In this document: positions 43,025 to 55,900 of the stretch, one piece after another
Numbering within the stretch: position 1 is the stretch's first letter
How the letters are laid out: each line of letters opens with the position of its first letter
Assembly (NCBI GenBank): GCA_965644315.1
Contig: CBFFRQ010000091.1
Location: 1 to 64,000, forward strand
Length of the DNA: 64,000 bases
DNA from: Caecitellus pseudoparvulus
Taxonomy: Eukaryota; Protista; Bigyra: Bicosoecida
Direction: 5' to 3'
Program-made: the position numbers and the translations under genes
The notes under the pieces: model-generated
Told to the model about the DNA's origin: nothing
Database searches by the model: none
Seen by the model: only the letters and a program-made list of their open reading frames with translations

Positions 43025-43708
43025 GCCGCGTGATACTGCGGAAATTGGCCCTCCGAACTTTCCAACGTCGCTACCTGGGCGCCAGGGCGACGGGTGGGGG
43101 CAGGGCACGCTCTACCTTGGCGTGCACGACCACTTCAAGCAGGACACAGGGCTGCCGCCTGGTTGGCCAGCCAATGTCCACTGCACAGGTCAGCTGGGAG
43201 CTCCACGCTGGGCACTGGTGCTCGCGGGCGCTGCCTTGTTCCGTATGAGGCTGGTGTCGCGCGGGGGGAGGCGGCGGGCACATTGCAGGTTGGGAGTGGG
43301 TGGCATGTGAAATGTTACGCAGCCTGGCCCCCCTCCAGGCCGCTGGCGGCAGGCTGCAGGGTGGTCGTGGGCCCCCAGTCTGGGCACCGCGTGCAGTGTC
43401 GCGGCGGCAGGCGGGTGCGTGTGACGTGGCGAGGCCCGGGGCAACTGGGCCCGCCTGAGCACCCCCCCTTCCCCCTGTTCTCACTACCGCTGCAACATGC
43501 ATTCCTCTGCACGCCTCAGGGTGCTACGTGGGCTGGGTTGAGGCGGCCTTGCCTGCCAAATTGGAGGTAGCTGACCCCCAGATGCCGCCCAACCCACCAC
43601 GACATTCAAGGGCGACAGAGCGGCAACCGCCCCCCCGCCTCTGCCCCAGCTGGCGTGTCCCAGCTGGCTGCCTGAGCTCTGCGGCCCAGCCCTCCGCCCG
43701 GCCCGTGC

Positions 43709-44185
43709 TCAACTGCAGAAGACACAGAAACCCGTCTGCCCGACGTAGAAGTAGATGAACTTCTTGTCCTCGTGCGTCACGAAGCAGCTGAACTTGCGGC
43801 CCACCATGACATGCCAGTTGCCCTCCTCCACCTCCATGATCACCTGCCGAATGGCAGTGGCCATGGCCTGCGCAGGAAGGCGGGTGTGGGTGCGTGTGGA
43901 CACCTGCGCAGCGAAGGGCAGAAGCCAGGCGCCGCCCACCCACGCACCTGCTCTGTGACATGGTCCTCCGTCGCTTGAATGGCGACCTTAGTGACAAAAT
44001 CTGCCATTTCCGGCGACATCTCGCTGTGCAGTGCGGGCGGGCGCAGGAAGAAGGTGAGGCGTGGTGCCGGGAGCAGCGATGTGGGGTCGTGCTTCCGCTG
44101 CTCCGGCCGCGTGCTACTGGCACACCCGCACGCACCAGTTGTTCACAACGGCGCCATTGAGCTTGAATCGCTTTTTCTCGCTCAT
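43709..44185 (-). CDS. Dynein light chain LC8-type (2 introns)
   Basis: EMSPEMADF...WHVMVGRKFSCFVTHE...FIYFYVG. Confidence 0.85.
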
Positions 44186-44968
44186 GGCTGCCTGGGGGTC
44201 AGCGTGTGGCGGGGGGTTCTGCCTGCGACACTGCCTCACACACGTCTGCCGCAAGAGCTGGCTGGTTCACGGTTCTGTGTGTGGCCTGCTGCACACAGCG
44301 GCGAGCAAGACGCGTCAGGGACGGCCAGCAGTAACCAAGGCAACAACACACACAGCATTGGCAGGGGTGCATTGATGTGCTCTGTGACCAGTGTTTGTTT
44401 TCGCAGTGAGGGTGAATGTGTGTCCCTTGAGGGGAGGCAGCTCAAACCGGGTGCAAAGACGCAACCTTCACCTTCGAAATGTCGAGTTCCCTGCAACCCG
44501 CGACGCTGGTAGCCCGAACCGAAAGGAGATGGTCGGGGTGGGGGTTACTTTCCAGCTGCCCTCCATGCCCATCCGGCTTCGACCCTCGGTTGATCAGAGG
44601 GCCAATGCTGCCCCAGCGTACCGAGCGAACCTGCACCCTGTCTGCCACCCCTGCAGCCAGGATCATGCTGAGCCACCTCACTCCTGGGCCGGGTGGAACA
44701 GAAGCGGAGAAAGCACAGAGGGAGCGTTGTACAGAACAAGAGGCTGGCGATGCAACTTAGTTCCAACACCGGCACGCTTACTCCAAACACACCACACTCT
44801 CCCGTCTCTAACGCTGCAATGTCTGCATTCTTCACTCACTGCACTCTCACACTCAGAACACAAGATCCCCGTGCAAACCGCACCGAGCGGGCAAACTCCG
44901 ACTCCAGCCTGCAATCCATCAACAAAGCGCAGTCAGCACTGGCAAGGACGAATGTGGTAACAATGGAG

Positions 44969-47900
44969 CTATTTTGACTTCGGCAAATGCCTCTGAGGCA
45001 AGGGCGACGATACGTCGACGTTGACGGAAAGGTGGGTGTCGAGGGACTTCATCTCTGCGGGCAGGAACCCGTCCCCAAACACTCCAAAGAAGCCAGGGAT
45101 ATCAACATGCTTCAAGTCATGGTGCTCCTCTCCTTTGCCCTGGCCCTTGGACGTGCAGTAGATGAAGTAGACCTTCACATCATCTTCAGATCGGATGAGT
45201 GTCATGAGAGGAGGCTCTGTGCTGCTCCCAACCTGTGCATCAGCGTGGGGCTGCACTTCCATGGCCTCAGCCTCAACGCCAGGCATGTCGGACGCTGCTT
45301 CAGATGCCTCACTGACGTGGTCGGCGGCCTCTTGCCCAAGGTCTGTGGGTGACGCACTTTCCTCGAAAATAGCTGCTGAGAGCACTGGATCTCTGGCAGC
45401 TTGATCTGTCGCCAGTCGAAGCAACTCTGCCGTGGCCGCCCCAACTTGCTGACGTTGCTCCTCACCCAGCATCGTCGGATCCATGGCCATCCTGGTGAAG
45501 TGGCCGGTGGATGGTCTCGACTTAATTGTGCAGTTCAGGTCGATGGGGACCCCAAACATCCACAAGATGGAGTTCGCCATCGTTGTCTTCTGCTGACCTC
45601 CCTTCCCAGCTGCCTGCATGAACTTCACCCTGTTCCCGTCCAGCTCTGTGTGGTACTTCTCACCACACGCAAGACTGGCAATGTCTTCCAGCGTATCCGG
45701 AAACTTCAACTTCTTCAAGTCTTTCGGGGGGACGCCGGCGAACTTCAGCTTTTCCAATGCTGTCCGACTGCGAATGCCATAGAGGGCGGACGTGGTGGCT
45801 TCGATGAAGGCCACCTCCAGCTGCCCCTGCTCCGACGCCTTCGGCCGTCTGAAAGCAATAAAGTCAACTTCCGGGAAGTCATAGGGAGTGCGCACCACAT
45901 GTGTGTTCCCAGGTTCCAGGTTCTGCACAATGTGCACGTCCGCTGGAGACAAGCCAGGCCCTCTCACCTCATGCGTGACCTGAACCCCCGGGAACGAGTC
46001 CTTGTCCAGCCCAAAGAAGTAAGACCGAAGCATCTGAACCGGGGGCTTGCCTGCAGTCATGGACAGTGGCGTGTACTCTGATCCGAACAGCCCCAGCTCC
46101 AACAGGGTTGTCACCGAGTCCTGAAAGTGCTCCCTTCTGCCAAAAACGGTCGCCCCAGACAGCAGGGCCTCCCAGACCTTTTGCATCGCTGGGTCGCTGC
46201 GGTTCATAACAGCTTCTGTGTGCTTCTGGAACAGAGCTCGCATGTAGGCATGCCTCGCTGTGTGCGACGAAAACTTCACATTGTCCTCCAACGCAAGCTC
46301 GTTCGAGTCAATCCTCGAGAGAATCGAGGATGCTGCCAGGGAGTGCATCCAGAACCTTGACAATGCTCCATCGTTGCCTGCAAGCTCCTTGAGCGACTTG
46401 TCAGTGAAATGGTCGAAGCAGCGACTCTGCATGCTCGTCATGCTTTCCTTCCAAGCAGCGTGGACCACGTTGAAGAACCATTCTTCTGGGTTTGCCGCCA
46501 AGTCCACGCTCTTTCAACAAACTGGCGAGTTTCAGCTGGTTACTCTTACTCGCGAATCCTCGATAGCTTTCTACGATCCTTCTCCTGCTTGGCTAGCAAC
46601 CGTGACAACCCTGCGCAAATCCCGAGGAACCCCACCAACCGAATGGATCAGCTGCAGAAGGAGCTCCCGTTGCTCGTCGTCTTTCACAACAGCCAAGGCA
46701 AGGGGCGGAAGCTGAAGCGAAGTGTCGTTCACCCGCCCCACTGCCAACAGCTCAGTGTCTCCCTCGTCTTGCATCCGTGAGTCCCTCAGGCACCTCATAC
46801 TCTGCCGGCCCCAGCATGAGCTTCAGTGCCAAGTTCGGGTCCAGCCGCTGCATATCGAAGAAGGGCTCCTCTTTGTCGGCAGTGGAAGAGAAGCCGAACG
46901 CCCGATCCGCAGCTTCCTTCGTCTGGCGGAGTGCTGTAGCATAGAAGTCGGGGGAAAAGGCGACCACCTTGCTCGAACTTGAGTTCCAGCACATCAAGCG
47001 CTTCAGCGATTCCCACCATTTTATATGCTCCGTATGCTCCTCCAGCAACTGTTCCTGCAGGCCATTGGCTCCGTCAATGATGAAGGCACTTGGTACACCC
47101 CCCCTCTCGATTGGTTTGTAGTCCCCTGCGTTGTAAATTGAGTCTTCCACAAAAGCAAAGAGGAACGCATGGTGTGCATCGGTACCATGCGTGCCAATCT
47201 CAGCAATCTGCTGACACAGCTTGGGAGTCCGCAAGCTCCTGCCACATGACAACGAGAATCCCCCCTGAAGAAGTCGTTCAAGGAGCTTGACAAACTTGGG
47301 GGAGTTTGGAGCGAGCACTTCTGACTCTGACAAGTACATGACATCGCCTCCGGCCCCGATCCCGATCATGGCTGCAAGTGCCCGCAGAGAAGCAGACTTC
47401 CCCGTCCCGTGCACAGCAGTTGTCAGGGTACCACGCTGGGCTCCAAGGCAGCTGTATGCTGCCTTCACGAGCAGCTTTGCCCGTGAGCGAGTCAGAACAT
47501 ACGTCGTAAACTTCAACTCCTCTTGTGGCACTTCAGACTTTGGCAGGTGAAGGAAGCCGTGTGCGCCGGGCCTCAAGCCTGGCAGTGTCAGCCCACCCAA
47601 CGAGCGGCTGGACAAGTCCGACTTGTCATGTTGAAGCTGGAAAGGCTGTGATCCCCAGATGGGAATTCGCAGCACGGCCGCTTCCAACTTGCCGTCGACA
47701 AAGACAGGGTAGCATCCAGTGCTCCACTTGATGTCCTTCACTGGGTCAGCGGAGTCCTTGAACGTTTTGTCGCTCCACATCCGATATGCGCTCAAATGTG
47801 ACCCGGGGCGAAAGGCATGCACGATGTCCCAGTACCACGCATCTTGGGTTGTGAAAGCACGCTCAACATTGAGCAGCCAGCCAAAGTTGTCAGTCAATAT

Positions 47901-49277
47901 TTTATGCTTCTTTCGGTTCATCTTGAGGAGCCTGTCGATGTAGCTTGCATCCGTGACCCCCGCGCTCTCGAGCAAAGCTCGAGCCTTGGCCTTGCCATCT
48001 CGTTTTGCGATCAAGAGTGCGCGAAGCGGGAGCCCCAAATTCACGACCTTGTGCTCTCGCACTGCTTCGTTGAACCATGCAGAGCGAACAGCCTTCTCAA
48101 GTTGCTTTTGGATTCTCCTCGCCAGGCCACGTGGAAAATCTGTCGGGAGCACCCTTGAGCACAAGTCTGCTGCATCTTCTCGTGCCAGCTCAGCGACAGG
48201 AAATTCGCTGAGCTGCTTGACTGCACTGAGGGCACCCTCTGGATCCCAAGTCACACTGGCCACGCGAATGGTGCCTAATACCCCACAGCCCTTGAGGATA
48301 CTCCACAACTCAGCCCCCGCCTCGGCCTGTGCAAAGCGAAGGAAGAAGCCGAAGTGCAGCGATGTCAGCCAACGGACAAGTCAAGCGCACAACTCACCTC
48401 ACATACTTCCATGGCACTCTTTGTGTCTGCAATTAACTTTCGCCTCTTCACTCGCCCAGCTTCCAGCGCGTTTTGCCTCTCCACTTGCTCAGCTTCCAGC
48501 GCCTCTTGCAACTTCACTCGTTCAGCTTCCCTCGCGTTTCTCATGCTCTGAAGCTCCTTGTTCAGAGCCTTGTCTGCTTCGACCAGGCTCGTGTAGTACC
48601 CCCCTGCATTGGCCAGCATCTCTGGCAGATCTATGATCCAAGCCTTCGAGCTGGCGTTCTGCAGCTCGACACCCAGGTCTGTGAGGTAGTTTTCGCCCTT
48701 GACCAGCCTCAGTGAAGCATTGATCGGAACGGACAACAGAGACGAAAGGAGCTGCGCCTGCATGTCCATGGCATTCTTCTCCGTCCGAAGCCCGAACTCT
48801 AGCTCAGCTATGAAGCCGCTTGTAGCGAAGGCTTGAAACAGGAGAGCGTCAGGAGGCGTCTGTGAAGAATGTGAAGCCGAGTGAAGGGCGTGGTGACTCG
48901 CACAAGCACGACCCGTCCGCAAGGTCACGCACCTCCAGCTTCTCGAGGGCTGCCAGAGCCAACTTCGCTGGCAGTCCTCGTGGGTTGAGATCATCAAATA
49001 CTGAGAGCACCTTCTTCTGCTTCGTTTCATCCAGCTGTCCCCACCATGACGTGCTCGGAAGCACGTCGCTGGCCAACCGAGGTCCCTCCACTGCAGCATC
49101 AGCCACAGATGAAGCATGCCGCACCAAGCTGGGTGCTTTGTGAGCCTGGGGTGCGTGTGGTGGAGGCCAACGCACTGGAGCAGCCACATATTCCGCACCA
49201 ACACTGCGCAACGCCAACAAGGGCCGCAATGACGCCCCCAGGCCACGGGACAAAGCCAAGGCAGCCTTCAAACTCAT
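44969..49277 (-). pseudogene. Frame-disrupted Crinkler/RHS-like gene (P-loop NTPase + restriction-endonuclease-like domain)
   Basis: Walker A-like AVHGTGKS, Walker B FIIDG, GGVPRDL, PYDFPEVDF...AFIEATTS; pieces in different frames around 46500-46800; lower GC than neighbouring genes. Confidence 0.55.
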
Positions 49278-50622
49278 GCTACGCCGTCAAGATGTGCAGA
49301 CTCCGACGGTGCTCGCTCACTCGTCAAGGCCGCGCTGGTGCGGAAGTGTGCACGACTCAGAGCAGCGCAGAGCTGCACAGAGCGGAGGTGAGGCAGGCTT
49401 CAACACGATGCCCAGAGCGCACAGTGCACAGACTGTGCTGTTCGAGTTGCTAGATGCTGAGTGTTGCTTGTTTGCTTCCATGTCACCGTTGCACAGCCCT
49501 AGCAAGCCAGTTGGGACATGAATGGGTGCTTTTCGATGTGCGAATGATGTAAAAATGAGTCCGAAGGTGCAGACGCCAAGAAAGCACCGCCAAATCTTGA
49601 AGGAAGACTCGCGGTACCTGAAGTAGCAGACGAGGCGAGTAACGCGACCCATGAGACCCCAGCGACCCGTCCCTCGCTTCATTCATCCCCCGCACACAGC
49701 GCGGATGATGGCTGAGAATCTCAGCATTCAAACGGCCAAGCGCCAAACAACACTGAAGCCCCCACAAGGCATTCAACACAAGGAGCACGCTCTTGCACTT
49801 GTGGCCCCGTCGAGCACCGACACCGCAAGCATCAAGTCTGCCTGCCAAGCGCTGCAAGCTTCCAGCGAGCAAGCTGCCGTCGCTTTGATGTGGACCCGCC
49901 CGCCACGATTGACGGATCTCACGCTACACCACGCAACGCACCGAGTCCAACAGCAGTCTATCTCACAAGCTGCACGGAGAGATGCTGTCCAAAGTGCGAC
50001 TGAGTTGTGAACCTCGTGCAGTGCGGGCCAGGTTGCGAAGTAGCATGCTCGCACAGAGGCCAGCCACTGCCCCGGCCATGCCCCGTACACTGCAGACCAC
50101 CAAGTGGCCCCTCCTCAAAACGACACCACAAAGCGTATCTGTCCACACGAAGCCCAACCCACGCCAAATCCTACCCTGTGATACCCCCGCAGGGTCCTTC
50201 CCCGCAGAAAGATTGAAGGCTGGCGCTTAGCTCGGTGCCACACACCCTGCCATTCTGCACCCGCGACGGTGGTGAGCGAGAGCAATCTGCTAGCCCCCAC
50301 ATCGCTTCCATCAGGACTCCTTTCGCGTGTTTTCGTTTTCGCGTGAAGCGGCAACTGGAGCACACCGCCAAGCCAAAGAGACACTAATACCTGCACTCGA
50401 TCCATTTTGCCAGGCCAAGGTATCCCACCAGCCCGAAACGAGTGCATTGCGTGAATGGTGGCCGGCAGTGGGGTACGTCTCTTGGGTGGGGTGTCGATTT
50501 GGCGCTGTGGGGGTGGCTTCACAGGCGATGCAAGTTCGTGACATGGGCAAAAGCAAAACTCCGGACTCACTGTCCTACAGGCCAGCCTAGCAGTAGTTGC
50601 AGCGCGTCACGACAGTCCACGT

Positions 50623-52962
50623 GTGGCCATGCAGGGCAGCGCTGTGGCGCCCCTGCAGGGCGCAGACGGGCAGGGACAAGGTGCGGAAATCGGGAGGCAG
50701 CGCCCCACCCCTGCTGCAGCCCAGCCGAGGCCGGACGGGCCGCTGGACGCAGCGCTGGGATTTGCACAGACTGCATTGGTGTCCCTGGACGACGCCTGCG
50801 CGCAGCACTCGTCCGTGTCGCAGAAAGCTGCCGACTTGCAGCGTGTCTGCCGGGAGGTGGTGGGAGACGGCGCCGCTCTGAGCCGCACATTGGGCGCTGT
50901 GCAGGGCGCCCTGGCGCCGTACGACACCCTGGACCAGGCGGCCCTGGCATTCAAGCTCATGCCAGTGTGTCACCCGCCACCGTGGACGCCGCCCTTCCTC
51001 TGGCGCTGTGACGCCTCAGCCGCCGGCGCCGGTGCCAAGCTGGCTGAAGCGGCGGCAGCGGTGGCCACAGTTTCGCACCACGCCCAGGCAGCGCAGTACG
51101 GCGCCCTGGCCGCCCGCCTGCTGGAGGCAGCTCGCCAGTCCCTGCTGGAGGCGGCAGGCAGCGCCCTGGGACAGGCGTGTGAGGCGGCGGCGGCGGCGGC
51201 GACCCGGACGCCACACCCCACTGCCGCCGCCTGCGCTGAGCGTTTCCAGGAGGCCCTGGCCGCCGCCGGGGCGCAGGGGACCTGGGGCGCCCTGCGCACA
51301 CTGAGTGCCCTGCCGCCCTTCGCCGCTACCTGGGACTCGGCCGTGGCACTGTACACGTCTCGCCGGCTGGGGTGTCTGGAGGCGACCTTGCCTGGGGCTG
51401 TGGCGGTGGAAGTGCCCCCACCGTCGTCTGACGGAGAGGGGGGGGCGAGCACCACCCCTGCAGCTGTCTGTGCCGCCCTGGCCAGCCACGTGCGGCTAGC
51501 AGGTGTCGTGGCTCGGCGGGAGGCAGGGCTGTTCGCGCAGTGTGTGCGGGGGGGGTCGGCAGGGGGGGGGCACCATGCCGCCGAGCAGAGTGAGCTGGAG
51601 GCACTGCTGAGCGAGAGCGCCATGCTAGTGCTGGCGCCTGCCGCGGCGCTGCTGCCGCGCCTGGCCACCCTGCAGGCGCTGGGGGATGCGGCGGGGGCGG
51701 TGGCGGATGAGCTGTCAGCCCTGGCGCCAGAGGGGGACCGCAGTGCGCCTGGCGCCGCCACCGCCGCGTCCCTGGCCGCCTGCGTGGCACAGGGGGCGCA
51801 GGACGTCCTGCTGGGCAGTTTGCAGGACCGGCTGCTGTTCGCAGTGCAGCGGGATGTGACGGATGTGCTGGGGGGGTGGGCGCCGGACACCGCCCCCTCT
51901 GCCCACACCGCCTACCCCGCCCGGCACATCGCCCACCACATCTGCTGCGCGGCGGGGCGGGCCAAGGTGGACCCCCGCCCACTGCTGGCGCGCCACGGCG
52001 TGACGGTGCCCGCCTGGGCGGGGGTGGCATCCTGGGACACCCCCCCTCCCCCCCTCCCTGCCTCCCATGCCTGGTTCCCCCCCCTGGCCGATGCCCTGCT
52101 GGCGCTGTCCAGTTTGTACCGTGCCCTGACGCGCCCCGCCTTCGGGGGCGTGGCGCGGGACATTCTGCAGGCGGCGCTGGCGGCGCTGGAGTCTGCGCGA
52201 TCTCACATCGCACGGCAGGGTGGCCCCCTGCACGGGTGGTTGTTTGCCGTGCGCCAGCTGCTGGTGCTGCGGGAGCAGTTGGCGCCCTTTGATGTGACGC
52301 TGGTGTCCACTGCGCGGCACTTGGACCTGCCGTCGTCCCCCAGCGCCGTATTACGCCACATCCTCCAGGCGCTGCCGGGGCTCCTGCGGTGGGGCGCCGA
52401 CAACCCCCTGCTGGCGCTGCTGGCGGGGCAGGGCTTGCCAGGCATCATCACCACCACCGTGGATGGGCGGGCTGACCTGGAGCGGGCGCTGAAAGGGGCC
52501 TGTGAGCAGTTCATCGCGGCGGCAGCGGGGGAGGTGGGGGGGTGGGTGGTGAAGGGGGCGCCGCCGCCGCCTGGGGATGTGGTCGACGCGCTGGATGCCT
52601 GGGTGACTCAAGTGGCTGCCGATCTGACTCACCTGCGGCGGGTCATGGCCATGTACCTGGGCGCCGCCGTCACCCACCGCATCCTGTTCACGCCAGTGGT
52701 CACGGCCCTGTCCGCCGCTGTGGGGCGCATCCCCAGTCAGCTGACGGGGGATGCACCCCCCACCCTGGCCCCCGCCATGCGCCGTGCCACGACACGCCTG
52801 CAGGGGGCCGCCGCCGCCCACGATGACGCTGCATTTGACCCGGCCCAGTTGGCCTTCTGGGAGGAGGAGGGCGGGGAGGCGGAGGGTTCTACCCCTCCCC
52901 CGCCAGCGCCCCCCACACCAGCCCAGCCGCCGCACACTGCCCATGCCAGTGCTCCAGCCTAG
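50623..52962 (+). CDS. COG3: Conserved oligomeric Golgi complex subunit 3
   Basis: LQDRLLF, WFPPL...LSSLYRAL, LFAVRQLLVLREQLAPFD, DLERALKGACEQFI. Confidence 0.85.
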   Translation: MAMQGSAVAPLQGADGQGQGAEIGRQRPTPAAAQPRPDGPLDAALGFAQTALVSLDDACAQHSSVSQKAADLQRVCREVVGDGAALSRTLGAVQGALAPYDTLDQAALAFKLMPVCHPPPWTPPFLWRCDASAAGAGAKLAEAAAAVATVSHHAQAAQYGALAARLLEAARQSLLEAAGSALGQACEAAAAAATRTPHPTAAACAERFQEALAAAGAQGTWGALRTLSALPPFAATWDSAVALYTSRRLGCLEATLPGAVAVEVPPPSSDGEGGASTTPAAVCAALASHVRLAGVVARREAGLFAQCVRGGSAGGGHHAAEQSELEALLSESAMLVLAPAAALLPRLATLQALGDAAGAVADELSALAPEGDRSAPGAATAASLAACVAQGAQDVLLGSLQDRLLFAVQRDVTDVLGGWAPDTAPSAHTAYPARHIAHHICCAAGRAKVDPRPLLARHGVTVPAWAGVASWDTPPPPLPASHAWFPPLADALLALSSLYRALTRPAFGGVARDILQAALAALESARSHIARQGGPLHGWLFAVRQLLVLREQLAPFDVTLVSTARHLDLPSSPSAVLRHILQALPGLLRWGADNPLLALLAGQGLPGIITTTVDGRADLERALKGACEQFIAAAAGEVGGWVVKGAPPPPGDVVDALDAWVTQVAADLTHLRRVMAMYLGAAVTHRILFTPVVTALSAAVGRIPSQLTGDAPPTLAPAMRRATTRLQGAAAAHDDAAFDPAQLAFWEEEGGEAEGSTPPPPAPPTPAQPPHTAHASAPA

Positions 52963-55900
52963 CGGCAGCAGCAACGGAAGCCCACAGCAAGGCACAGGCG
53001 TGGGCCGTGCACGCTGCTGCGACGGGGGGGTGGGCGTCTCCGCTGCAGTGTGCACAGGCGGCTGCCAGACGGACGCAGTCCTCCTCCGCTGCCCGCCGTG
53101 CGTTGATGAGGAAGGCTGCTGCGGCGGCGGGGGTGGCGGCACAGGCGGCACACATGACGCCGGCGGCAGGCGCGCCGCAGCCAGCACAGCGGCGGGCAAG
53201 GCAGTATGCGTCCAGGGTGGGCCCATGTGAGTCACCGCCGCCGCCACTGCCACTGCCACCACTGCCGCTGGCAGCAGAGGCCATGGTGCCTGCCACGGCT
53301 GCTGCCAGGATGGGGGGTGGAGGGGGGGGTGCGCCGGGCCACTTGCGGGGGGGGGGCAGGGCGCCTCCCCCACCCCCCCTCCGCAGACGCAGCGGCGGCG
53401 GCTTGCGCATCTCCGCGAACCAGGCCTTCACGTCGGCCCCCGCCATGTTCAGTATGCGGGCCAGGGGCGGGATAATGCACTTGGTGATGTAGTAGTGTGC
53501 GTTCAGGCGCAGGGCCCGGGCGGGATCCAAGAAATCTCCAGGCGACACGACCAGATCCACCAGGCGCGACCCTGGCGCCCCTGCCACCACCAGGAATGCC
53601 ACCCGCTGCCCGTACAGCGGCGCTGCCTGGGGGTCGTGGTACATGGCCCGTGTCGCGACGACGGCGGAGGGGGGCGGCGTGGGGCCCCGGTACGACCCCA
53701 GCCGCACCTCCCGTGCAAAGACCCACTGCTGGGCGTCTGCCGTGCCCGCGAGCAGGCCCCGCCACAGGCCCTGCAGGTGGGCCTTGATGGCGGACAGGTC
53801 CCCCCCCCCGAACAGCAGGCGCAGGGTGGTGGACATGGCCCCCTGCAGGCCCGGGCACGCATCTCGCCGCACCGCCTCCAGACCCTTCACATCCAGCACC
53901 GCCTCCGCCTGCCCCCGTGCCTCCCGTGCATACCCAGCGTACCGCTTCTTGGCCACCAGGGCACAGGACGCGTACACTTTCTCCAGCTTCAACCGCACGG
54001 GGGGCGGGTTGGCGCCCGTCACCGCCGCCGCGATGGCCTCCCCGATGTCCCAGGCCTGGGTGTGGCTGCGCCCCGGCACGGCCACGAACATGCTGTCCGT
54101 GTCGCCGTACACCACCCGTGCCCCCCAGGCCGCCCGCCCCTCCACCAGTCGCATGGCGCGCTGCAGTGTCGTGCGCCCCGTCTGCACGATGGCATCCGCC
54201 AGCTCTGCACAGGGCATGCGCCCAGAGTAACCCGCTGACGTGTACCCGTACGTGACGTTGGCGATCATCTTCAGGGCGAACTGGCGGGCATGGGCGACGC
54301 GGGCGGCGATGGGGTCACCCGCCTGCCCCGGAGTCACCGCCGCCGCCTTGACCATGACGCGTGTGTCCAGGATCTCAGACAGCATGCGGGGCAGGACGCC
54401 CAGGCGGGTGGAGGGCGGCACGAACGCCACGCCGTTGGGGCTCACGAAGGCGCTGGTGCGGTGGGCGGCGGCGGCGCCCAGGGGGGCCGTGTACGGCATG
54501 AACCCCAGCGTCCTCGCGGCGGACCCGGTGGCGTGCCCGGCGCCGCCGCCTCCCAGCCGCAGCTTGCCCAGGCAGGTGCTGAAGCACATGTTGTAGGCGA
54601 TGATTACAGAGGGGTACAGGGAGGCGAAGTCCAGGACGATGACGGGGCAGGTGTACACACGGCTGGCGGGCTCCAGGATGAGGGGGATGAGTTCCATGGC
54701 GGCCTGGCGCGCGACCTGGGATCGCGAGGCCGACGGCGCCACCATGGTCAGCGCGTGTGCCACCCGCAGCATGACTGCCTCCACACGGAACTGACTGCCC
54801 CGCGTCAGGACGGAGTGGAAGTCAATGCCGAACAGACGCGCCATCTCACTGGTGCGCCCGACAATGTCCAGGTGCCGCAGGAGGCCCAGTGTGGCCTCCG
54901 CACACCGCACGCTGTGCCGCAGGGCGCGACAGGTGGCGCCACCCCCGCTGGCCATCCACCCGCTCAGCGTTGCCGGGTGGTACGCTGGCAGGCGGCAACG
55001 CAGCACAGCCTCCGCCACCGTGGGCAGGTCGTACGAGGGCAGCTTCACCTCCCCACGCATGATGCGCCAGACGTTCAGGACGTGGCGCCCCACCAGCCAC
55101 AGCCCGCCGCCCCCGCCGTGCTGGGCACCCCAGGTATCACCCCCTGCTTTGAAGTGCTGTGCGGCGGCGGGGGGGGCAGCTGGGGCACGGGAGAGGGCTG
55201 CCACCAGTGGCACGCCCAACGCAGCGCCCCGCCGCAGGGCGTACCCCAAGCCCCCCTGCTGCGTTTCGTAACTCAGCAGCACATCCACCTCCCACGCCCG
55301 CACCATCCAGGCCAGCGCCGCCAAAGCACAGGCCTCGCTGGGCACAGGCCACCGCCACATGCGTCGGGGGAGGCCACCCTGGGCGGACCCCCCCCCAAAC
55401 GGAGCCGCAGGGGGGGTCAGCGACATGGCTCGGTTGGCGATGCTGGCTGCAGCACGTGCAGCTGTGGTGGCGGCGTGCAAGTGGGCGGCGGCGGCGGGGG
55501 GGGGCAGGGGGCCCTGAGGGGGGGGGGCTTGTGCAGGCGGCGTAGCACTGGACCCGGGGCAGGGGTCCTCTCCTCCCCCCTCCACCACAATGGCCCCCGA
55601 CACCACCCCCCAGCGGTTGCACAGGCGCCCCGCCAGAGCTGCTCGCCCCGCCAGCGCCCCCGGTACCCGCCCGGCAATGTCGTCATCCATCACGCTGAGG
55701 GTGATGGCCAGGATGGGGTCCTGGGCGGGGTCGGGGCGCAGGTGCCCCCGGCACCGCGCCACCACCTCCACGCACATCAGCGTCAGGTGCTGGTTCACAG
55801 AGGTGGCGGCGGGGGTGGAGGAGGGAGTGGGTGCAGCCCTTCCCTGCCGCACGAAGCCCTGCTGAGACACGTGCTCGAAGGACATGTCGCTCGTGGTGGG

